Assembly: GCA_035286595.1 (NCBI GenBank)
Contig: DATEDA010000096.1
Coordinates: 1-61,332, forward strand
Length of the DNA: 61,332 nt
From: Burkholderiales bacterium
GTDB taxonomy: Bacteria; Pseudomonadota; Gammaproteobacteria; Burkholderiales; SG8-39
Reading direction: 5' to 3'
The position numbers and the translations under genes were made by a program. The first letter of the stretch is position 1. Every line of letters starts with the position of its first letter. Below, piece after piece: positions 26,643-33,352 of this stretch. The notes below the pieces were generated by a model that made no database searches, was not told the origin of the DNA, and worked only from the letters and a program-made list of their open reading frames with translations.

Positions 26643-27185
26643 TCAGTCCCGCGGCGTCGGCGGCGCGCCGCGGCCATCCGGATACCGCACAGCCAGCGCG
26701 CTCGCGCGGGCTTCCGCGTCATCCAGGCCATGGAGGGTGACGGCGCTCGTGCCGCCCTCGACGAGCCGCAGCCGACGCAGATCTTTCACCAACACCCACG
26801 TCTCCCCGCGGCCCGGGGCTTCCATGCTCACTGCCGTGTTCGCTAGGACGGCGGTCGCCTCGATCAGGCTTCGGCGGGCGGCGGTGACATCTCCCACGGC
26901 GTAGCTGTGCCTCGCTCGCTGCAGGGCACGAACACCGAAAGCGGACCGGTGGACAGCATCTTTGCCCAGGCCCGGGCCGCTATCGTCCTGGGGCAGAACC
27001 TTGGCCTGAGGGGGGAGGGCTCGAGCATCGACCGGCACCAGGTAGACCCCGCGCTCGGCAACCGGGGTCGCGAGTGCCGCCGTAGTCGGGCGTTCCACTG
27101 GTGAAGGCGGCGGCTGCAGCGCGCAAGCGGCGACGAGGAAAGACAGGAAACCGGTCGCCGCAAGCTTGAGGGAAGTGAGTCTCAA
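26643..27185 (-). CDS. Probable lipoprotein of unknown function
   Basis: TTG start 6 nt after GGAGGAG; LVAAC lipobox; Pro-rich linker followed by a helical domain. Confidence 0.55.
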   Translation of the reverse strand: MRLTSLKLAATGFLSFLVAACALQPPPSPVERPTTAALATPVAERGVYLVPVDARALPPQAKVLPQDDSGPGLGKDAVHRSAFGVRALQRARHSYAVGDVTAARRSLIEATAVLANTAVSMEAPGRGETWVLVKDLRRLRLVEGGTSAVTLHGLDDAEARASALAVRYPDGRGAPPTPRD

Positions 27186-27230
27186 ATGGATCTCCTCCCC
27201 ATTCATTATCCGCGCCCCATCACGAAGATC

Positions 27231-27246
27231 TGTACGCCAGCGTACG
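27231..27246. promoter_or_regulatory. CRP-like box 5
   Basis: TGTACG-CCAG-CGTACG; GATAAT (27210-27205, minus strand) begins 28.5 bp from the centre. Confidence 0.72.
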
Positions 27247-27375
27247 TACGGACCTGCGACGAGCGCGGCGACATCACGACCGCGCCGGCTTGGAAGCAGC
27301 GTCTTGCGGGTGCTACCGGGGCGCGAAGGAAACCCACTACTCCCCCGGAGAACCTCGGGCGGGAGCTCACTGCAG

Positions 27376-27408
27376 CCCGTTCATGCCGCGGCGAGCGACA
27401 TGAACGGG
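27376..27408 (-). terminator. Hairpin downstream of cspA
   Basis: CCCGTTCATG...CATGAACGGG stem, extendable to 14 bp with one G.U pair on the minus strand; no clear U-tract. Confidence 0.55.
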
Positions 27409-27426
27409 GAATCGACCAGAGCTTTC

Positions 27427-27633
27427 TCAGGCCGCTTTGAGGTTGACGGCGGACGACTTGCCGTCGTTTCCCTGCTCGACGTCGTACGAGAGTTTCTGGC
27501 TCTCGCTGATGCTGCCGAGCCCGGCACGTTCCACGGCCGAGATGTGGACGAACACATCCTTCGAGCCGTCGTCAGGGCGAATGAAGCCGAAGCCTTTGGT
27601 TGCGTTGAAGAACTTGACGGTGCCAGTAGACAT
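27427..27633 (-). CDS. cspA: Cold-shock protein
   Basis: [12 protein letters not shown] (RNP1) and DVFVHISAV (RNP2); 68 aa; GGAGG RBS. Confidence 0.97.
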   Translation of the reverse strand: MSTGTVKFFNATKGFGFIRPDDGSKDVFVHISAVERAGLGSISESQKLSYDVEQGNDGKSSAVNLKAA

Positions 27634-27837
27634 GAGTCCTCCGGATCTGGCGTTGCCTCGCGCGGGAGTGTGCGGGGCATCAAATTGCCGTTGGGAGAAG
27701 ACCCGAAGTGGCGCCCGAAGGTGATACTGCGGACAGACCCGAAGCGAATTCGATGACGCTATATGGGGGCGAAAACGCGCTTGGCAAGCGAGCAGCGACC
27801 GCTTTCTTGCTGCCCCGTAACACGCCAGGTGCCGCCG

Positions 27838-28077
27838 CTACGCCGAGACCCCGGCGTCGTCCTGCGGCAGGTCGGCTTGCACGAGAGCGATTTTCTCCTG
27901 CGCGTCATGGATGATGCGCCGGCTCGCTCGGTCCCAGTGCAGGGAGACCGCCCTATCCGAGGCGGATCGAGCGAGTGCGGCGCTGGGCGATCCCGCCATG
28001 GCGAGCGTCAACGGTGTTCTCATGCTTCTCATGATTGATGCCGCCTGACGGAACGCCCCGAATCGGAGCAATCTCAT
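27838..28077 (-). CDS. Possible small hypothetical protein
   Basis: Open frame filling the gap between Crp paralog 3 and cspA; no motif; start uncertain. Confidence 0.25.
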   Translation of the reverse strand: MRLLRFGAFRQAASIMRSMRTPLTLAMAGSPSAALARSASDRAVSLHWDRASRRIIHDAQEKIALVQADLPQDDAGVSA

Positions 28078-28133
28078 CTTACGCGCTCAATCAGCGGCGT
28101 CCTGGGGTTTATTTTTCGGCGAAGCCGGGACAA

Positions 28134-28856
28134 TCATGCTGCGGCCACGTCGGGGAGCAGCCGGTCGAATTCTCTCTTGACGACCTGGTAGCACTCGCAA
28201 ACGTGGGCCTCCAGCGCCGGCCGGTCGAGCACCGTGATGTTGCCGCGGCGGTAGCGAATCACGCCGGCGGCTTGCAGCTTGCCTGCGGCCTCGGTGACGC
28301 CTTCGCGGCGCACTCCCAGCATGTTGGCGATCAGCTCCTGCGTCATCGTGAGCTCGTTCGAGGGCAGGCGATCGAGGCTCAGCAACAGCCAGCGACAGAG
28401 CTGTTGATCCAGCGAGTGATGCCGGTTGCAGACCGCCGTCTGCGCCATCTGTGTCAGCAGCGCCTGGGTATAGCGCAGCAGCAGATGCTGCATCGCCCCG
28501 GCGCGACGGAATTCCTCCTTCAGCAGGAGCCCCGACAGCCGATAGGCAAAGCCGGCGCTCTGCACGACGGCCCGGCTCGGCGTAGTCTCGCCGCCCATGA
28601 AGAGGGCGACGCCGACCATTCCCTCGGTGCCCACCACGGCGATCTCGGCTGACGCGCCATCCGCCATGACGTAGAGCAGGGACACGATGGTGGAGGTCGC
28701 CGGGAAGTAGACGTGATCCAGCTGGCTGCCCGACTCGTAAAGGACGTCGCCGAGAGGCATCTGGGTCAGTTCCAACTGGGGGTACACGCGTTCGCGCTCG
28801 ATCCCCGGCAAGACCGCAAGAAGGCGGTTTTCTGCGGGGTTATGGACGTTGGGCAT
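28134..28856 (-). CDS. Crp/Fnr-family regulator, paralog 3
   Basis: Very similar to paralog 1; shares VCNRHHS and MTQELIANMLGVRREGVTEAAGKLQ. Confidence 0.93.
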   Translation of the reverse strand: MPNVHNPAENRLLAVLPGIERERVYPQLELTQMPLGDVLYESGSQLDHVYFPATSTIVSLLYVMADGASAEIAVVGTEGMVGVALFMGGETTPSRAVVQSAGFAYRLSGLLLKEEFRRAGAMQHLLLRYTQALLTQMAQTAVCNRHHSLDQQLCRWLLLSLDRLPSNELTMTQELIANMLGVRREGVTEAAGKLQAAGVIRYRRGNITVLDRPALEAHVCECYQVVKREFDRLLPDVAAA

Positions 28857-28926
28857 GACCTAGGGCTCGACGGTCAGAGGCGGATCAGCCATCTCCCACC
28901 AGTATAGGTCGATTCCCCTCGCGCTA

Positions 28927-28942
28927 TGTGCGCTGGCGTACC
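28927..28942. promoter_or_regulatory. CRP-like box 6, central to divergent promoters
   Basis: TGTGCG-CTGG-CGTACC; TATACT on the minus strand (28906-28901, 28.5 bp) and TACACT on the plus strand (28964-28969, 29.5 bp). Confidence 0.78.
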
Positions 28943-29072
28943 GAGGGCCGGCGGCTTCGGAACTACACTCGTACGACGGGACGAGTCGACGACCCGGCCT
29001 GCGCGCAAGCGATCAGGGAGGTGCCGACGCCAGCCCTCCCGCGCGGCGTCAACTCACTCCGGTGCCAAGACA

Positions 29073-29687
29073 ATGGATTGGACTAGAGACAGGATCGAGC
29101 GGCTGACCACTCCGGAGGTCAGACAGCTGCGCGCCAACGCCGAAGCGCTCGGCAAGGTAGCCGTCCTCGCGTCGTGCGATGAAGTGCTGTCTCGGCGGCC
29201 GAAGCGGGCTGTCGGGCGTCGCGTCGCGCGCACGCGGTCAGCCGACGATACGCACTTGGTTTCGCGACGCAAGGCGCTCGAGACCCAAGGGGTGATCCTT
29301 CGCAACCCGAGCTGGAGCTGGGGCGGCGTCCGGCGTTCTGACGGCGCGGTGATCATGACGATGTGGGCCGATGACGTCCAGACCTCCGACGGCACCTGCA
29401 GCTACCTTCTCTGGGCCCCGAATGTAAATGGCTCGCGTCCCTGGTCGGACAAACCGGGCGGCAAGGAGCGGCTCGAGCATTGCCGCCTCGCTTTGGCGCA
29501 GGGCACGGCGGAGGGCTTGCTCGTCTATGGTGACCGCCTCCAGGGCAGATTACCGGAGGACAAGGCCTCCACGGTGCGGGGAGCGGACCCGACCACTGTT
29601 CTGCGCTTTCGCGTGATCCGGCGCGGCGAGGAATTCTGGGCGGCGTGGGGGGAAAGAAGCCCGCCGCTCGTTGCCGATCGCGTATAG
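29073..29687 (+). CDS. Hypothetical protein (204 aa)
   Basis: Globular-looking sequence from MDWTRDRIERL; contains RNPSWSWGGVRRSDGAVIMTMW. Confidence 0.75.
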   Translation: MDWTRDRIERLTTPEVRQLRANAEALGKVAVLASCDEVLSRRPKRAVGRRVARTRSADDTHLVSRRKALETQGVILRNPSWSWGGVRRSDGAVIMTMWADDVQTSDGTCSYLLWAPNVNGSRPWSDKPGGKERLEHCRLALAQGTAEGLLVYGDRLQGRLPEDKASTVRGADPTTVLRFRVIRRGEEFWAAWGERSPPLVADRV

Positions 29688-29829
29688 TGAGTGGTTCACA
29701 GAGGCGCTGCAGCTCCCTCCTCTCCAGCCCCCGATTAGCGACCCCGGGCCAATGTCCCATCTCTGGGGTTCGCAATGCGCGTGGTCGAAAGAATCACCGG
29801 CACCGCCGGACGCTACGCGCTCGCCGGCA
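29679..29829 (+). repeat. Diverged direct repeat, copy 2
   Basis: Aligns to 12991-13124; includes the TATAGT -10 element, a leader and the start of the 29775 ORF. Confidence 0.9.
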
Positions 29830-30077
29830 CGGTCTCTTGCGACGAACGCGGTCGCTACGTCGCCCACGCCAAGACCTACCCGCTGACGGCGAGCCCTCTC
29901 GATCGCGCCCTGCGATCCGTCGCGAAAGCGCAGGCGAGCGGGCCCGATCTAGAGGCCACGGGCGCTACGGCCCCGGAGGCGAGGACGCGTCTTTGCGTCG
30001 AGGCGAGGGCGCAGTTGGGGGGAGTCGTGACGAGCTTCGTGTGGCGCCCGGTCCTCAGCCTGGTCGCCACCCAATGA
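29775..30077 (+). CDS. Hypothetical protein (100 aa)
   Basis: ATG conserved in both repeat copies; stop overlaps the next ATG. Confidence 0.55.
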   Translation: MRVVERITGTAGRYALAGTVSCDERGRYVAHAKTYPLTASPLDRALRSVAKAQASGPDLEATGATAPEARTRLCVEARAQLGGVVTSFVWRPVLSLVATQ

Positions 30078-30325
30078 GGTCGGGTGGATCAGGCGCGTGG
30101 GAAATGGGTTTCCGGCTTGCTTACACGTCGGGAGCGATGGTCGTGATCACCGTAGAGGGTGCACACCGGCGCGTCCCGGCAGGTGAATGCCGCATCGGGC
30201 CGCATTCCACGCCGCGACGCTCCTGTACGGTGCGCTGGCGGGAGAAGGGGATCGATCAAAGCGCGGAGGTCTCGGCGGAGGACTTGTCCGCGTACGTGCT
30301 GGGCTGCGTCGTTCAATATGCGTGA
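30074..30325 (+). CDS. Hypothetical protein (83 aa)
   Basis: ATGA overlap with the previous ORF; MRSGGSGAWEMGFRLAYTSG...VLGCVVQYA. Confidence 0.45.
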   Translation: MRSGGSGAWEMGFRLAYTSGAMVVITVEGAHRRVPAGECRIGPHSTPRRSCTVRWREKGIDQSAEVSAEDLSAYVLGCVVQYA

Positions 30326-30385
30326 TCGACTGGAGAGCGCCGGAACGCACTTCGGCGCCAACAGCTTTCCAACCGGGAGATCGTG

Positions 30386-30646
30386 ATGTCAATCGAAACG
30401 TGGATCATCGTCGGCCTCGTGGCGGGCTTCCTCGCCAGCAAGGTCATCATCAGGTCGGGCGAGGGGCTGCTCAGGGATCTCGGTCTCGGCATCGGCGGCG
30501 CGGTCCTTGCCGGCTTGCTCTTCCGTGCGCTGACGTCGCCGGAAGCGACCGGGCTCGATGTGTTCGGCCTCATCGTGACCCTGGTCGGCGCGAGCGCGGT
30601 ACTCGTCGTGTATCACACCTTCTTCCCGCACGTTCGCCAAGGCTAG
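30386..30646 (+). CDS. GlsB/YeaQ/YmgE family protein, second paralog
   Basis: WIIVGLVAGFLASK...RDLGLGIGGAVLAG...IVTLVGASAVL. Confidence 0.88.
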   Translation: MSIETWIIVGLVAGFLASKVIIRSGEGLLRDLGLGIGGAVLAGLLFRALTSPEATGLDVFGLIVTLVGASAVLVVYHTFFPHVRQG

Positions 30647-30747
30647 CCGACGCGACTCGGCATTCCGGCCGGGACACCAAGATAGGGGACCTCGCGGCCG
30701 CCGGAGCGCGCGACCCCGACTAGGCGCGCCGGGGCATCACTCCTCGA

Positions 30748-30775
30748 CGAGAACGCCCCTCACGGGGCGTTCTCG
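30748..30775. terminator. 12-bp perfect hairpin between convergent genes
   Basis: CGAGAACGCCCC-TCAC-GGGGCGTTCTCG. Confidence 0.75.
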
Positions 30776-30794
30776 CTTCTGGGGAATGCAGCGT

Positions 30795-31388
30795 TCAGCC
30801 GCGCCTCCGGCGCGTCGCCATGAATGCCGCGCCGAGGCCCAATCCGAGGAGACCGATGATCCCGGGCTCCGGGACCAGGAAGCCGCGAATCTCGCCTCCC
30901 GCACGGAAGGTGGTGTGGATGTTGAAGTAGGCCTGACCGGCGAGCAATCCGTCGATGAACGCGTCCTCGGCCCCCGCGACCGTACCGCCGTGCGCAGTAA
31001 CGAAAGCGGGATTAAACGATGAGGCCATAGTGAGGTCGAAACTCGCATCGTAGGTTCCGGCCGTCACACCAGCGGGGAACCCGGGAAAGGTCGGTGTTGT
31101 TGTGGCTACGCCCGCGGTCGGCACCGCGGCATCAGGGGCCACGCAACAGTGAATGTGCGCGACGGTAGTTGTCCCGACCAGGCCGGACCAGTCGGCGTGT
31201 ACGTCCATGGTGTGGAGGATCGTGTCGATGTCGACCGTCGCAAAGCCAATGCCCGGCGATGGGACCGCGGGGAACTCGCTCGGCCCATCCATGTGGGTCT
31301 TGAAATGGAGCACCACCGCGTGACTCGCCGGGGCGGCGACCAGCATCGTCGCGGCGAACAGCAGGAAAGCAAATGATGAACGCTTCAT
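30795..31388 (-). CDS. CHRD-domain protein with a PEP-CTERM sorting signal
   Basis: Signal peptide; AHIH and YFNIHT..GGEIRGFL CHRD motifs; VPEP, TM segment and RRRR tail. Confidence 0.92.
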   Translation of the reverse strand: MKRSSFAFLLFAATMLVAAPASHAVVLHFKTHMDGPSEFPAVPSPGIGFATVDIDTILHTMDVHADWSGLVGTTTVAHIHCCVAPDAAVPTAGVATTTPTFPGFPAGVTAGTYDASFDLTMASSFNPAFVTAHGGTVAGAEDAFIDGLLAGQAYFNIHTTFRAGGEIRGFLVPEPGIIGLLGLGLGAAFMATRRRRG

Positions 31389-31482
31389 GGCATGTCTCCG
31401 GGTCGTGTAGTTATTGAGTGAACCAGCAGCCCGGCACCCATCGCCGGAGCCTGCGCAAGCGGCGGAAACAGAAGACGGATCT

Positions 31483-31497
31483 GCAAGAAGCGTGCCG
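31483..31497 (-). promoter_or_regulatory. sigma54 (-24/-12) promoter
   Basis: CGGCACGCTTCTTGC(A): GG-N10-GC. Confidence 0.8.
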
Positions 31498-31516
31498 CGA
31501 GATGACATCGCGATAA

Positions 31517-31529
31517 AATCAAAGCATTG
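31517..31529 (+). promoter_or_regulatory. IHF site
   Basis: AATCAAAGCATTG matches WATCAANNNNTTR and lies between the promoter and the UAS. Confidence 0.75.
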
Positions 31530-31561
31530 TGATTCCCGGCCCTCGCGTGGACGGTTGAAGC

Positions 31562-31578
31562 TGTAAACGCTCTCGACA
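31562..31578. promoter_or_regulatory. Candidate upstream activator site for a sigma54 enhancer-binding protein (PrsR-like)
   Basis: TGTAAACGCTCTCGACA (TGT-N11-ACA), about 100 bp from the predicted start site. Confidence 0.55.
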
Positions 31579-31766
31579 AAAAGAGCCAACGAGCAAAATA
31601 AATGCAAACGTGCGCCTGCTCGCCCTTATTCCCATTCGCCGTTTCGCTGACCGAGCGGTGCGCGGCGGCCGAGATCACGAACTGCCCCAAAATGTGCTTA
31701 GCTTCGGTCCCCGACTGAAGCGTCGCGAGGAGGACGGGGTGTTCAAGGGCGGACGTGGAGGGTTTG

Positions 31767-32375
31767 ATGCGGCCTGATCGGTCCGGGCCCGTCGCCGGGG
31801 TCGTCCTCGCCGCGGGCTCGTCGCGCCGTATGGGTCGCAACAAGCTGCTGTTCGACCTGAGCGGGGAAACGGTCGTGCGGCGCGCCGTCCGGACCGCGCA
31901 GCGGGCCGGTCTCGATCCGCTCGTCGTCGTCCTGGGACACGAGGCCGACGCGGTACGCGCTGCGCTCGTCTCGATGCCCTGCCAGTTCGTCGTGAATCCT
32001 CGGCACGCGGAAGGGATGAGCAGCTCGGTCTGCGCTGGGGTCGAGGCGCTGCCGCCCGGCGTCGCCGCCGGCGTCGTGCTGCTCGCCGACATGCCGTTCG
32101 TGAGCGCAGAGATGATTACGACGCTCGTCGACCGCTATCGGACCGGCGATGCCTCCTTGATCCTGTCCGAATACGACGGGGTGCAAGCGCCGCCGACGCT
32201 GTTCGACCGATCGCTCTTCGCCGAGCTCGCGGGTCCCGAGGGCAAGGGCTGCGGCAAGCGCATGCGGCGGCGCCATCCGGACGCGACGCTCGTCCCGTGG
32301 CCCGCTGCCGCGCTTGCCGACCTCGACGTGCCCGAGGACTACGAGCGGGTCAAGGCGCAGCTGGCAGCAAGCTGA
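31767..32375 (+). CDS. mocA: Molybdenum cofactor cytidylyltransferase (MocA-like)
   Basis: LAAGSSRRMG, GMSSS and LADMP motifs; adjacent to an MCD-dependent CODH. Confidence 0.85.
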   Translation: MRPDRSGPVAGVVLAAGSSRRMGRNKLLFDLSGETVVRRAVRTAQRAGLDPLVVVLGHEADAVRAALVSMPCQFVVNPRHAEGMSSSVCAGVEALPPGVAAGVVLLADMPFVSAEMITTLVDRYRTGDASLILSEYDGVQAPPTLFDRSLFAELAGPEGKGCGKRMRRRHPDATLVPWPAAALADLDVPEDYERVKAQLAAS

Positions 32376-32377
32376 CC

Positions 32378-33352
32378 ATGCGACCCGAGCTGCTCGAGCT
32401 CGCTTCCCGGCTCGCCGCGCGCGGCGAGGGGTTCGCCCTCGTCACGGTCGTGCGACGCGAGCCGCCGAGCTCCGCGCGCGTTGGCGACACCGCCTTGGTG
32501 ACTCGAAGCGGCGAGGTGCACGGCTGGGTGGGCGGAGGCTGCACGCGCTCGACCCTGCTGCGCGAGTCGCTGCGCGCCATCGCCGACGGGGAGCCCCGGC
32601 TGCTCAGTCTCTCGCCCGATCCGGCGACCGAGCAGCGTCCGGGCCTGGTCGCGCTTCCGATGACCTGCAAAAGTGGAGGGACCGTGGATCTATACGTCGA
32701 GCCCGTGCTGCCCGTTCCGCGCGTGGTGGTGTTCGGCACCCCGCCCGCCGCGCGCACCCTGGTGCGCATCGCCCACGCCATGGGTTGCCGCGTCGACGTC
32801 GTCGATCCCGAGGCCGACGGCGCGGACTTCCCCGAGGCGACGCGCGTGATTCCGGAGATCTCGCCGGATGCCGTCCCGCAGGGTGCTTGCGTGCTCGTCG
32901 CGACGATGGACGAGCGGGATCTGGACGCGATCGAAGCGGTGGCTCCGCTCAACCCCGCCTATCTCGGCGTGATCGCCAGCCGGAAGCGGTTCGCAGAGCT
33001 GCGCGACGCGCTCGCCGCACGCGGCGTCCCGCGCGGCGTGCTCGACGGGATCGTTGCGCCGGCGGGACTGGACATCGGCGCGCGGACGCCCGAGGAGATC
33101 GCGCTCAGCGTCATGGCCCAGATCGTGGAGCGGCGGCGGCGCGCGGCCCGGCCTGCGGCGGAACCGAAGGAAGCGCCGGCGCAAGCACCGCGCGAGGCGA
33201 GCGACCCGGTCTGCGGGATGACGGTGGCGATCGCCAGCGCCCGTCACTCCGCGGAGGTCAAAGGCCGGATGGTCTACTTCTGCTGCGCCGGCTGCCGCAC
33301 CAAGTTCCTCGCCGATCCCGCGCGCTACCCGGCGCCGGCGCACAGCGCGTGA
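32378..33352 (+). CDS. coxF: XdhC/CoxF-family maturation factor with a C-terminal YHS domain
   Basis: GWVGGGC, MTCKSGG and PAGLDIGARTPEEIALS motifs; C-terminal DPVCGM...YFCCAGC. Confidence 0.88.
   Translation: MRPELLELASRLAARGEGFALVTVVRREPPSSARVGDTALVTRSGEVHGWVGGGCTRSTLLRESLRAIADGEPRLLSLSPDPATEQRPGLVALPMTCKSGGTVDLYVEPVLPVPRVVVFGTPPAARTLVRIAHAMGCRVDVVDPEADGADFPEATRVIPEISPDAVPQGACVLVATMDERDLDAIEAVAPLNPAYLGVIASRKRFAELRDALAARGVPRGVLDGIVAPAGLDIGARTPEEIALSVMAQIVERRRRAARPAAEPKEAPAQAPREASDPVCGMTVAIASARHSAEVKGRMVYFCCAGCRTKFLADPARYPAPAHSA

Noticed and set aside
23442-28856. FNR-type oxygen sensors and FNR boxes
   Set aside because: No N-terminal Cys cluster, and I noticed no TTGAT-N4-ATCAA site in these intergenic regions.
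30224-30300. Further CRP-like boxes upstream of the second GlsB gene (and a half-site at 23335-23350)
   Set aside because: Only half-sites match. The 30224-30300 ones lie inside a probable ORF and have no -10 at the expected spacing.
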